DNA from: Chloroflexota bacterium
GTDB lineage: Bacteria; Chloroflexota; UBA11872; VXNJ01
DNA length: 64,000 nucleotides
Assembly (NCBI GenBank): GCA_965261345.1
Contig: OZ253449.1
Coordinates: 1,856,001-1,920,000 of the forward strand
Reading direction: 5' to 3'
In this document: piece by piece, positions 41,478 to 51,900 of the stretch
How the letters are laid out: each line of letters starts with the position of its first letter
Position numbering within the stretch: position 1 is the stretch's first letter
Translations under genes and position numbers: made by a program
The notes under the pieces: generated by a model
Told to the model about the DNA's origin: nothing
Databases searched by the model: none
What the model saw: only the letters and a program-made list of their open reading frames with translations

Positions 41478-43168
41478 CCGGAGTGCCCAGCAACCGGGCG
41501 ATTGCCGCTCACTTGACCCAAATTGCTGATGCCGTTGATCTGATCGAGCCCAACCCGGCGCGCGCCCGCAGTTATCGCAACGCCGCCCGTCGGATCGAAT
41601 CCTCGGCCGACGACATCGCCGCTGTCGCGCTTGCCGACGGACTGGTTGGGATGCCCGGGATTGGCAGCTCACTGGCCAAGACGATTGGTGAGTTCGTCAG
41701 CGGCGGCCAGAGCCAGCGGTTCGCCGAATTGGACCGGGCGATCCCTGATCCGATCTGGAGGCTGCTGGAAATTCGAGGATTGGGGGCCCGCACCATCGGC
41801 CGAATCTGGCGAGAACTGGGGGTGTTTGACCCGGACGGCCTGCGCCAGGCCGGAGTTGATGGACGATTGGCGGCGATGTCGGGAATCGGACCGCGCAAAG
41901 TTGCCCAGGTTCTGGTCGAACTCGACCGGATTGCCGCTGACCAGGGCCTGATCGGCCTGGGTCTGGCGCGGGCTTTGGCGACCGCGGCGGCCGAGGAAAT
42001 CGCAAAACGCGGCGACGTGATCGAGGTTCTCCAGGCTGGTCCAGCGCGCCGCGGTCTGGAAGCGGTCGATGGAATCGACCTGCTTGTGGTCAGCCATGCG
42101 CCGGATTCGTCCGAACTGACCGCGCTGACCAAGCAGCAATCGATCGAGTTTGAAAAATCCGCCCGCCAGGACCCGGTCCGACTGCGGATCAAAACCACCT
42201 CGCCCGAGCAGCTGGGAACCAGCTGGCTTCTCTCGACCAGCTCGGATCGTCACCTGCGGCGGATCGACCAAATCGCCCGGCGTCGCGGTATGCAAATCGG
42301 CTCGGAAACTGCCCAGTTTGACAGCGAGGCCGAACTTTACCGCGCCCTTGGACTCCAATTCATACCACCCGAATTGCGGGAGGACAGCGGCGAAATCGAA
42401 CTGGCGCAGGCCGGCAGATTGCCCAAACTGATTGGATCCGGCGATCTTGCCAGTGACCTTCACTGCCACAGCAACTGGAGCGATGGCCAGGCGCCGATTT
42501 TCGAAATGGGTAAGGCCGCCGCCGGGCTTGGGCTTTCGCATTTGGCGATCACCGACCATTCGCAGAGCCTGGCGGTGGCAAATGGTCTATCGGCCGAACG
42601 CTTGGCCCGACAGGCCGCCGAGATCGCCGCAGCGGATTCACAGGTTTCCGAGCTGACGCTGTTGCAGGGCACTGAAAGCGAGATCCGCATCGATGGATCG
42701 CTCGATTTTGCCCCTGAAGTGCTGGCCCGTCTGGACTGGGTGAACGCCTCTGTGCACGTTGGATTGGGTCAGTCGCGGGCCACAATGACCGAGCGCTTGC
42801 TCGCCGCCATCGACAACCCGGCGCTGTGTTCGATCGGGCATCCGACCGGGCGGATCATCCTTGGGCGGAAGGGCTTTGAATTTGACTTCGACATGGTGTT
42901 TTCCGCCGCCGCTGAGGCCGGCGTGGCACTGGAGATCAACTCGCAGCCCAGTCGCCTCGATCTTTCATCCGAACTGGCTCGCAGGGCCGCCGCGGCCGGG
43001 GCAACTCTCAGCCTCAACAGCGATGCTCACGCTCCGGATCAATTGGCGACCACTGGCCTGGGATTGGTAATTGCCCGCCGCGCTGGCCTTTCGGCCGAGC
43101 AGGTGGTTAACTGTCGGACTTGGGCCGAGATTGCCGAGGCACGGGCGCGTCGCTTGGCTCGCCACTAG
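41474..43168 (+). CDS. polX: DNA polymerase X / PHP domain protein with degenerate polymerase active site
   Basis: HhH motifs (MPGIG, IRGLG, MSGIG), LQFIPPELRE, PHP motifs HCHSNWSDG, TDHS, HPTGR, NSDAH. Confidence 0.88.
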   Translation: MTGVPSNRAIAAHLTQIADAVDLIEPNPARARSYRNAARRIESSADDIAAVALADGLVGMPGIGSSLAKTIGEFVSGGQSQRFAELDRAIPDPIWRLLEIRGLGARTIGRIWRELGVFDPDGLRQAGVDGRLAAMSGIGPRKVAQVLVELDRIAADQGLIGLGLARALATAAAEEIAKRGDVIEVLQAGPARRGLEAVDGIDLLVVSHAPDSSELTALTKQQSIEFEKSARQDPVRLRIKTTSPEQLGTSWLLSTSSDRHLRRIDQIARRRGMQIGSETAQFDSEAELYRALGLQFIPPELREDSGEIELAQAGRLPKLIGSGDLASDLHCHSNWSDGQAPIFEMGKAAAGLGLSHLAITDHSQSLAVANGLSAERLARQAAEIAAADSQVSELTLLQGTESEIRIDGSLDFAPEVLARLDWVNASVHVGLGQSRATMTERLLAAIDNPALCSIGHPTGRIILGRKGFEFDFDMVFSAAAEAGVALEINSQPSRLDLSSELARRAAAAGATLSLNSDAHAPDQLATTGLGLVIARRAGLSAEQVVNCRTWAEIAEARARRLARH

Positions 43169-44114
43169 TGGGCGCGCGCGGCGCGGCTTTGGGCTTTCGA
43201 TCGGCAATCGCCTTCTCGACCGGTTCGACCAGCGAGTGCCGCAGGAAATCGGAAATCTTAGCCAGGTATTCGTCGCGCAGGAGGTGAAAACCCTCGACGT
43301 GATCGGCGTGTTCAATTACCCAAAGGTGCTTGTCCTTAGAGGAGGCCGCCTTGAAAAGCTTTTGGGTGCTCTCGGCACTCACGATCGAATCACGCCCGCT
43401 CTGGACGACCATCAGCGGAACCGATTTCATCAATCCGGCAATTTCCACCGGCCGGACGTGATCCATGCGGTGCCCAACTAAGCGCTGGCCCAGCCAAACG
43501 ACCGACCCCACGAAAAGCCATGGCGGCAAGCCGGTGATCCGCTTGAAAGCCCGGCCCACGTTTTCGCGGAGTAGCCCAAAGGGGCTGTCGGCGATGACCG
43601 CCTCCAGGCGGTCATCGAGCGCGGCGGCCATGACCGCCACCGATCCGCCCATCGAATTTCCCCAAACCGCCAGGCGTCCGAATTTGGGGCGGGCAGCGGC
43701 CCAGTCGACCACTCCCAGCAGGTCCAGCATCTCGCGATAACCCATGGTGGTCGTGTTGCCCTCGCTCTCGCCATGCCCAGAAAAATCAAACAGCACCACA
43801 CCATAGCCAAGCTTGCGCAGCTCCGTGCAGCGTGGGACCATCTCCTTGTGGTTGGTCCACACCCCGTGGCAGAGAATCACCGTCGCCGGCAGGCTGGCGG
43901 GTTCCAGCACCCAAGCGGTAAGAATCATTCCGGTCCGGCTACTTAACGCCACGCGCCGCATCCCGACCAGCGAATGGTCCGTATCGGGATTGAAATTCTT
44001 GGGCAGGTGACGGGGATTGGGGTGGGTCAGCTGCCAGGCGGTGCGGGCCACGATAAGCGCCCAGATGCCGATGCCAATTGCCGCCACTGTGGCAATGATC
44101 ACCCAAATGCTCAA
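43107..44114 (-). CDS. membrane-anchored alpha/beta hydrolase
   Basis: N-terminal TM, LCHG, GHGES, GNSMG nucleophile elbow, D and H of the triad (RDSIV, ADH). Confidence 0.88.
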   Translation of the reverse strand: MSIWVIIATVAAIGIGIWALIVARTAWQLTHPNPRHLPKNFNPDTDHSLVGMRRVALSSRTGMILTAWVLEPASLPATVILCHGVWTNHKEMVPRCTELRKLGYGVVLFDFSGHGESEGNTTTMGYREMLDLLGVVDWAAARPKFGRLAVWGNSMGGSVAVMAAALDDRLEAVIADSPFGLLRENVGRAFKRITGLPPWLFVGSVVWLGQRLVGHRMDHVRPVEIAGLMKSVPLMVVQSGRDSIVSAESTQKLFKAASSKDKHLWVIEHADHVEGFHLLRDEYLAKISDFLRHSLVEPVEKAIADRKPKAAPRAPTSGEPSDAPVPRQSRPKSDS

Positions 44115-44117
44115 GGT

Positions 44118-44927
44118 CTAGCGGCTCCGGTCGGGCCGAGCGGCGTCGGCCAGCTGAGCGACAAAGCGGCGGGCCCGGTCAAGCCGCTCTGCCGGGTCGG
44201 GCAAGGAGCAAATTTGAATGAATGCGGAGCCAACAATTACGCCATCTACTTTCCCGCTTAAGTTTGCCACGTGCGCGGGCGTGGAGATTCCAAACCCCAC
44301 CGTCAGCGGCCGGTCAGTCAAGTCGCGGGCCCGGGCCAGGAACTGGTCTAGTCCTCCCTCCATGTCGGTGCGGGCTCCGGTTACCCCGGTCAATGCCACG
44401 CAGTAGATGAACCCCGATCCGTTGGCAACCACCCAGCGAGCACGCTCCGGATCGGTGGTCGGGGCCAGAAACTGGACCAGCGCCAATCCCCGTTCGGCCA
44501 GCGCACCGGCCAGCGGTCCCGATTCCTCGGCCGGCAGGTCGGCCACTATCAATCCATCCACCCCGCTGGCCTCGGCGTGCTCGGCCAGGGCATTGAATCC
44601 GTAGGCCAAAAACGGGTTGGCGTATCCCATAAGCAGAATACCGGCCTCGGACTGGGAGCGCAGTCGTGCGGCGAATATTAAGCAGTCGTGCGGCGTGACC
44701 CCGTTCTCTAAGGCCACCTGCGAGGAATGCTGGATGGTCGGGCCCTCGGCGATCGGATCGGAGAAAGGGACTCCCAATTCGAGCACGTCGGCCCCGGCGG
44801 CGAGTGCAGCTTGGGCCAGCTCGAAGGATTCAGACAGTGATGGGTAGCCGATGGTCAAAAAAATGTTGAGCACCAGGCGGCCATCGGTGCGCGCACACCG
44901 ATAGATGCGATCGAGCCGCGATGCCAT
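44118..44927 (-). CDS. trpA: tryptophan synthase alpha chain
   Basis: LELGVPFSDPIAEGPTIQ, GVTGAR, VGFGIS, GVIVGSA. Confidence 0.97.
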   Translation of the reverse strand: MASRLDRIYRCARTDGRLVLNIFLTIGYPSLSESFELAQAALAAGADVLELGVPFSDPIAEGPTIQHSSQVALENGVTPHDCLIFAARLRSQSEAGILLMGYANPFLAYGFNALAEHAEASGVDGLIVADLPAEESGPLAGALAERGLALVQFLAPTTDPERARWVVANGSGFIYCVALTGVTGARTDMEGGLDQFLARARDLTDRPLTVGFGISTPAHVANLSGKVDGVIVGSAFIQICSLPDPAERLDRARRFVAQLADAARPDRSR

Positions 44928-44933
44928 CCCGGG

Positions 44934-46142
44934 CTACACCGCGCCGCTGGCGGCGATTGTTTCCATGTCCTTGTCGCCGCGCCCGGACAGGTTGACCACG
45001 ATCGACTGGTGCGATCCCATTCGACCGGCCAGCTGCTGGGCATAGGCAACGGCGTGGGCCGACTCGAGCGCCGGAATAATTCCTTCGGTGCGAGCCAGGT
45101 CAATTACCGCCGCGAGCGCATCCTGGTCGCCGATCGATACGTAGCGAGCCCGCCCGCTGCTGGCCAAATTGGCGTGCTCGGGACCAACTCCAGGGTAATC
45201 GAGTCCGGCCGAGATGCTATGGGCCGGCGCCACCTGGCCATTGGCGTCCTGGAGGACGTAGGTGCGGGCGCCGTGCAGTACACCCGTACGACCGAAGGAG
45301 ATCGTGGCCGCGTGTTCTCCCAGGCCGCTCCCACGGCCACCCGCCTCCACACCGAACAGCTGGACCGAGCGGGCGTCGAGGAATTCATGGAAAAGCCCCA
45401 TTGCGTTGGAACCGCCGCCGACGCAGGCCACGAGGGCGTCCGGGGTCCCGCCGACCTCGGCGGCGAACTGGACCCGGGTCTCTGCGCCGATGATCGACTG
45501 GAAGTCGCGAATCATCATCGGATAGGGATGCGGACCGGCGACCGAGCCGAGCAGGTAATAGGTATCGGCAACGTTGGTCACCCAATCGCGGATCGCCTCG
45601 TTGATGGCATCCTTTAAGGTTTTGCTGCCGGCCTCGACCGGTATGACCTTGGCCCCCAGAACCTGCATGCGGACCACGTTCAGATGTTGCCGGACCACAT
45701 CCAGCGACCCCATGTAGATCACGCATTCTTGTTCGAGCAGAGCGCAGACGGTGGCGGCCGCCACACCGTGCTGACCGGCCCCGGTCTCGGCCACGATCCG
45801 CGGCTTTCCCATTCTTCGGGCCAGCAGCCCCTGCCCTAAGGCAGCGTTGATCTTGTGGGCACCGGTATGAGCTAAGTCCTCGCGTTTTAGAAATATTCGG
45901 GCGCCGCCGGACAGGGCGCTGAGGCGGCGGGCTTCATACAGCGGGGTGGGGCGACCTACGTAGGACTTCAGATAGGCGGCCAGCTCGCCGGCGAACTCCG
46001 CGTCGCCCTGGATTTTCTGGTACGCCGCGGTCAATTCATGTACTGCCGGCATCAGCGTCTCGGGCATGAAGGTCCCTCCCCATTGGCCGAAATGGCCACC
46101 ACCGTCGGGCAGGCCGCGCAGGGGCGGATTAGCGGAGTTCAA
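44934..46142 (-). CDS. trpB: tryptophan synthase beta chain
   Basis: [53 protein letters not shown]. Confidence 0.98.
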   Translation of the reverse strand: MNSANPPLRGLPDGGGHFGQWGGTFMPETLMPAVHELTAAYQKIQGDAEFAGELAAYLKSYVGRPTPLYEARRLSALSGGARIFLKREDLAHTGAHKINAALGQGLLARRMGKPRIVAETGAGQHGVAAATVCALLEQECVIYMGSLDVVRQHLNVVRMQVLGAKVIPVEAGSKTLKDAINEAIRDWVTNVADTYYLLGSVAGPHPYPMMIRDFQSIIGAETRVQFAAEVGGTPDALVACVGGGSNAMGLFHEFLDARSVQLFGVEAGGRGSGLGEHAATISFGRTGVLHGARTYVLQDANGQVAPAHSISAGLDYPGVGPEHANLASSGRARYVSIGDQDALAAVIDLARTEGIIPALESAHAVAYAQQLAGRMGSHQSIVVNLSGRGDKDMETIAASGAV

Positions 46143-47509
46143 CTTGATGCCGCGGCCCGTTTGGCATTGCTGATGAAGCGGGCGATCTTGGCTTGATCCT
46201 TGGACCCGTTGGTCTCCACACCGGACGAAACGTCCACGCCAAACGGCCTGAGCCGCACAACCAGGTCGCCTACGTTCTGGGGATCCAGGCCGCCGGCAAT
46301 GAGGAAATTGCGCCCGCCGGCAGCGCGTACCGCGGACGAATGATTCCAGGCCCGGCCGGACCCGCCGCCGGCGGGCGAATCGATGTGGATCAGGCCGGCC
46401 GGGAGGGGATTCGGATCGGGCTGCAATCTGCCGTCGGCAATGCTGAACGAGGGAATTACGCGCTCAAAAATCTGCGGCGGCGGGGGCGTGGACAAATCAT
46501 GCGCCTGGATGAAATCAGCCCCAGTGGCCGCCAGCGCAGCCTCCATTTCGGCTCCGCTGGGCGCAACCATTACGACTACCGACTGGGATTTCCCGGTGGC
46601 CGCAAAAATCTCCCGAGCGAGCTCTGGGCTGACCCGCCGTCGCGAGGGGGCAAGTATTGCCCCCACGTAATCGGCCCCGGCCCCGGCGGCGGCGGCGGCG
46701 GCGTCGGGATCGCTGATCCCGCATATCTTCACCCGCGGCCGCGGCGGACCGATCAGCGCCGCCATCGCGTCGATGTCGCCGCTGATGCGGGCGAGGGTCT
46801 CCCCGACCAGCGCGGCGTCCGCCCCGCAGGCTGCCAAACGGGCCAGATCGGTCCCATCCTTAACCCCGCTCTCTCCGACCACAAGGGCCCGGCCGAGCGC
46901 CAGCGGGGCCAGCTCTTCGGTGGTTGCCAGATCGGTCGCAAAGGTCGAAAGGTCGCGGTTGTTGATACCGATCAGGCCGGCGCCGACCGCCAGCGCGCGC
47001 TCCAATTCACTACGGTCATGGACCTCGACCAGAGCGTCAATCCCCACCTCGGCGGCGGCGGCAAGAAGCGGCCGGGGATCATCGATCGCCGCCATGATGA
47101 CCAGTACCGCATCAGCCCCGAGGGCGCGCGCTTCGAAGATCTGCCAAGGGTCTACCACGAAATCCTTGCGCAGCACCGGCAGGTCGCAGGCGGCCCGGGC
47201 GGAGACCAGGTCGTGGTCGCTGCCGCCGAAGAAACGCCGATCGGTTAGCACCGACAGACAGGCGGCGCCGGCGGCCTGGTAATTGGCTGCGACCAGCGCT
47301 GAGTCCAAATCGGCGATTTTTCCGGCCGACGGTGAGGCCCGCTTGAATTCGGCGATCACCGACAGTCCGGGCCGGGCCAGGGCCCTGGCAAATCCACGCG
47401 GCGGCGGTGCGGAGAGGGCGTCCTGGCGGACTTGCGCCAGCGGCCGTCTATCTGCCCGTGCCTTGACCTCGGTGCGCTTGTGGGCCAGGATTTTTGAAAG
47501 GATATTCAC
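46139..47509 (-). CDS. trpC: bifunctional indole-3-glycerol phosphate synthase / phosphoribosylanthranilate isomerase (TrpC-TrpF fusion)
   Basis: [22 protein letters not shown] (TrpC), then [23 protein letters not shown] (TrpF) in one frame. Confidence 0.93.
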   Translation of the reverse strand: MNILSKILAHKRTEVKARADRRPLAQVRQDALSAPPPRGFARALARPGLSVIAEFKRASPSAGKIADLDSALVAANYQAAGAACLSVLTDRRFFGGSDHDLVSARAACDLPVLRKDFVVDPWQIFEARALGADAVLVIMAAIDDPRPLLAAAAEVGIDALVEVHDRSELERALAVGAGLIGINNRDLSTFATDLATTEELAPLALGRALVVGESGVKDGTDLARLAACGADAALVGETLARISGDIDAMAALIGPPRPRVKICGISDPDAAAAAAGAGADYVGAILAPSRRRVSPELAREIFAATGKSQSVVVMVAPSGAEMEAALAATGADFIQAHDLSTPPPPQIFERVIPSFSIADGRLQPDPNPLPAGLIHIDSPAGGGSGRAWNHSSAVRAAGGRNFLIAGGLDPQNVGDLVVRLRPFGVDVSSGVETNGSKDQAKIARFISNAKRAAASS

Positions 47510-47545
47510 TGGGGATTAAAGGATCGTGGAGCCGGTCGAGGGTCG

Positions 47546-48555
47546 TTAGGCGGTGCGGGTGGCGGCTATGAACCGGTCCAGGGTGGACCGCGCCCGCCCG
47601 CTGTCCACCGAATCGGCGGCGATCTCGAGTGCGCCCGCCAACTCGTCGGCACGGCCGCCGGCAACCAGGGCGGCGGCGGCATTGAGGAGGACAAAGTCGC
47701 GGGCCGGACCGGCGCGTCCGGAGAGCACGCTGGTGATGATTCTGGCGTTATGGGCGGGATCCCCGCCGCCGACTGTTTCGAGCGGATGTTCGGCCAAACC
47801 GAAATCGGCCGGGCGAACCGTGCGCCGCGTTATCTGGCCGTCTTCTACCTGCAGGACCAGCGAGGGACCGGCGATCGAGATCTCGTCAAGCCCCTCTAAC
47901 CCGCAGACCACCAGCGCCCGCCGCGATCCCAACCGCAACAGCGCCCCGGCCACCAGGTCGGCCAGATCGCGCCGCGCGACCCCGAGCACCTGCCGCTTGG
48001 CGGCGGCCGGGTTGGTAAGCGGACCGAGGATGTTAAAGACGGTCCGAATGGGAAGCTGGGCGCGCAGCGGGCCGGCAAATTTCATCGCTGGATGGAACGA
48101 CTGGGCAAACATGAAGCCGATCCCGGATTGGGCAATGCAAGATTTGACCTGCTGCGGGGTGAGCGTGATACGGGCGCCGAGAGCCTCGAGCACGTCGGCC
48201 GATCCGGCGGCCGACGAGGCGGCGCGATTGCCGTGTTTGGCCACCACCACCCCGGCCCCGGCGGTCACGAAAGCGGCGGCGGTTGAGACGTTGAAGGTGT
48301 TCTTGCCGTCGCCCCCGGTGCCACAGGTGTCGACATGGTCGTCCCCCTCCAGCTCCAGGGTCAGGGCCGCGCACCGCATCGAGTCGGCCATCCCGGCCAA
48401 CTCGTCGGCGGTCTCCCCCTTGAGCGTTAAGGCAGTCATGAAGGCGCCGAACTGGGCTGGCTGACATTGTCCGGTCATGATTTGGTCCATGACCGCCCGC
48501 GCCTGGTCGAAGGTTAGATCGCGGCCTGCGAATACGCTTTCCAGCGCGGCGCCGA

Positions 48556-48559
<4 letters not shown>
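47546..48559 (-). CDS. trpD: anthranilate phosphoribosyltransferase
   Basis: DTCGTGGDG..TFNVST, AKHGNR, FNILGPLTNPA, GLDEIS. Confidence 0.97.
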
Positions 48560-49136
<577 letters not shown>

Positions 49137-49140
<4 letters not shown>

Positions 49141-50636
49141 TGGTATCTGCCCTGAGCGCGAGCGATGGCCGTCAGCAGCGCCGCCGCCTTGTCCTGGGTT
49201 TCGTTGAATTCGTAGTCGGGGTCCGAATCGGCCACTACCCCGCCGCCGGCCTGCACGTAGCCCCAATCGTTATGGGCCACCATCGTGCGGATGGCGATCG
49301 CTGCATCCAGGTCGCCCGAATAGGCGATGTAGCCGACCGCACCGCCGTAAACTCCGCGCCGAGTGGGTTCGAGTTCATCGATTATTTCCATCGCCCGGAT
49401 CTTGGGGGCTCCTGACAGGGTGCCGGCCGGAAAGCAGGAGCGCAGGGCGTCGACCGGTTTCCGGCCGGGGGCCAGCTTGCCGTCTACGTGCGAGACCAAG
49501 TGCATCACGTGTGAGAAGCGGTCGACCTCCAGGAGGCGCGAGACGTGTACCGAACCGCCCTCGGCCACCCGCCCGATATCGTTACGCCCCAGATCTACCA
49601 GCATCACGTGTTCGGCAACTTCCTTAGCATCGGCCCGCAAATCGGCCGCTATCTGATCATCGCTGGCGGCATCTTTCCCGCGCCAGCGAGTGCCGGCCAC
49701 CGGCACCGAGCGGATCTGGCCGTCATTTACCCTGACCAGCATTTCCGGCGAGGCGCCGCAGATGTGAATCTGCGGTAGCTGTAGGAAATACATGTAGGGC
49801 GAGGGATTGAGTTGTCGCAGATGACGATAGACGGCAAACGGGTGCACGCCCAGGCGCTGCCTCATTCGCAGCGACGGGACCACCTGAATGATGTCGCCGG
49901 CGGCGATATATTCCTTGGCCGCCCGCACGACCCGGGTGTACCGGTCGCGCGACATATTGAATTGGATTTCGCTGTCGGGCGGGCCCGGCGGTGGATCGCC
50001 CGGCGCCCGGTAAGGCTTTTGCAGTTGAGCCGCCAGCTCGTCGATCCGACGGCCGGCCGACTGGTAGGCGATCTGCTGATCGGGTCCGGGCCGGGCTAGC
50101 GAAACCAACTTAAGGGTGCGCGCTAAGTTGTCAAAAATGACGAACGAGTCCACCATCATCAGGCCGATATCGGGCACCGCCAGGTCGTCGCGACGGGTGT
50201 GCGGAAGGACTTCAAAGCTCTCGACGGTCTCGTAGCCCAGATAGCCGACCGCCCCGCCCTGGAAGGCCGGCAACTCGGGCAGCTGAACGGCGTTGACGAC
50301 GGCGAGCTCGGCGGCTATGAATTCAAGCGGATCGCGGTAGGCGACCCGCCGCCGCTCGCCGGCGCGGTCGATTAGTTCGGCCTGGCCCTGGTGCATCGTG
50401 ATGAGCTGGTAGGGATCTGATCCGACAAAACTGTAGCGTCCGACCGAATCATCGTGCTCGGCGCTCTCGAGCAGGAACGCGGGTTTATCGCCAGCCAGCT
50501 TCAAGTAGGCCGAAACCGGCGTCTCCAGGTCGGCTAGGAATTCGCGATAGAGCGGGACCGCCCGCCCGGCCGACAGATGGGCCAATGCCGTCTGCTCACT
50601 CGGTCCGGCCGCGATCAATACGCCCGGGTTGTTCAT
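49137..50636 (-). CDS. trpE: anthranilate synthase component I
   Basis: DLETPVSAY, LLES (Trp feedback motif), NPSPYM, EHVMLVDLGRND, PAGTLSGAPKIRA. Start ATG 50636; the longer ORF upstream is the T-box leader. Confidence 0.96.
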
Positions 50637-50960
50637 CCTTCGTCCTTGCCGGTAATTCGGATTCATTGCCGGGACGAAAGGTTGGGCCTCGCGCGGTGCC
50701 ACCCAGCTTGGGTGGTGGGACACCACCCCGCTCTGCGTTATGTGGTACGGATCCGGGCAGCGCTCGCCGCCGGCGGGCCAATTCCGGACATATACCCTGT
50801 CCCGCTGACGGGGGACTAACCGTCGACGCCTACTTTGGCTATTGCCGGTTCGGGCCGCAGCTCCCGGGTCCATTCACCTGCACGCGCACCGCCGACATCG
50901 CACCGTCAATCGGCTCTCTCATCGCGCCCGCCAGCCAGGCTACTAGTCCCGCTCACAGCC
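50637..50960 (-). promoter_or_regulatory. T-box riboswitch, Trp specifier, leader of the trp operon
   Basis: On the minus strand: GGCTGTGA..AGTAG, AGAGA box, GGTGCGA distal loop, specifier GAA-TGG-A (50870-50872), GAA/AGTA stem II, stem III, T-box AAGCTGGGTGGCACCGCG (50692-50709), antiterminator 3' arm TTTCGTCCC. Confidence 0.93.
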
Positions 50961-50986
50961 TTTGTTTGCTATTTGGTTGTCGCGAC

Positions 50987-50995
50987 ATTATCGCA
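50987..50995 (-). promoter_or_regulatory. extended -10 promoter element of the trp leader
   Basis: TG-C-GATAAT on the minus strand, about 25 nt upstream of T-box stem I. Confidence 0.45.
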
Positions 50996-51041
50996 ATCGC
51001 GCCGGGTCGCTAAAAGCGGCCGCCACCGAGTCGTTTTGCAG

Positions 51042-51680
51042 CTATTGCGATTCGTCGTCGGAAGGTATCAGGACAAACTGGCGGGGGTCGGCGGGCTGAG
51101 CCATCCGGCGCCGCAGGGTCGATATCTGCGACGACATTCCTTCCAGGTCGGTGATCGATTCGTATACGCTGGCGAACCTGACGAATGCGATCGACGAGAC
51201 CTCGCGCAACCTGGTCATGACCATCGAGCCGATTTCGACCGATTGGACCTCGCGCAGACCGCGGCGGGTGATGTCGACGACCACGTCGTCGACTAGGCGG
51301 TCGATCCGGGCCGTCGGAACCGGTAGCTTGGCGGTTGCCACCCGCACGCTGGCAACGATCTTGGACCGATCGAACCGCTCGCGCCGAAGGTCGCGTTTTA
51401 CCACCATCAGATCGCTGGTCTGGGCGTTCTCGCGGGTTTCAAAGCGCGCCCGACACCCCAGGCACTCGCGCTGCCGGATGGTAACGCCGCTCGATAGCTC
51501 GCGGGTACGGACCCGCGAATTTGGTGATTGACAGCTGGGGCAGATGAACTGTTCGACCCGCTCGAAGGTGGTAAAGCGCAAATTACAGGAATTGCAATGT
51601 CTCCGTCGCCGGGTCGTTTCGCCGGCCGGACGGCTGTCAACTACCTTCAGGTCAAGGCTTTGGCAATGTGGACACCACAC
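51042..51680 (-). CDS. nrdR: transcriptional repressor NrdR with duplicated zinc ribbon
   Basis: GTG start after AAGGAG; CPHC..KVVDSR..RRRRHCNSC..RFTTFE; second CPSC..RQRECLGC..RFETRE; ATP-cone VVKRD..ERFDRSK..VRFASVY. Confidence 0.9.
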   Translation of the reverse strand: MWCPHCQSLDLKVVDSRPAGETTRRRRHCNSCNLRFTTFERVEQFICPSCQSPNSRVRTRELSSGVTIRQRECLGCRARFETRENAQTSDLMVVKRDLRRERFDRSKIVASVRVATAKLPVPTARIDRLVDDVVVDITRRGLREVQSVEIGSMVMTRLREVSSIAFVRFASVYESITDLEGMSSQISTLRRRMAQPADPRQFVLIPSDDESQ

Positions 51681-51900
51681 CCGCAGCTCCTTGCTCGGCA
51701 ATCTTTTTTTTGCAAACCTTGATTGCGAAAATGATTATTGCAGCTTGCTGGCACATTCTGTCGTGTGATTGACCACTCCGGGCGGAGGCCGACATTTCTT
51801 CCGGCAACGGTAGAGCGCGTTTGCGAGTAAGGGCATCGCGACCGCCGCGATCACCTGGGTGGTTGCGGGTTGGTGACCAACGGAATCGAATTGAGTCGTG

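Noticed and set aside
46685-46702. (GGC)n run in trpCF
   Set aside because: Short in-frame poly-Ala in a TrpF helix; no evidence of phase variation.
50637-50873. 79-aa N-terminal extension of the trpE ORF / possible leader peptide
   Set aside because: It is the T-box RNA read in frame; no Trp-codon cluster as in classical attenuators.
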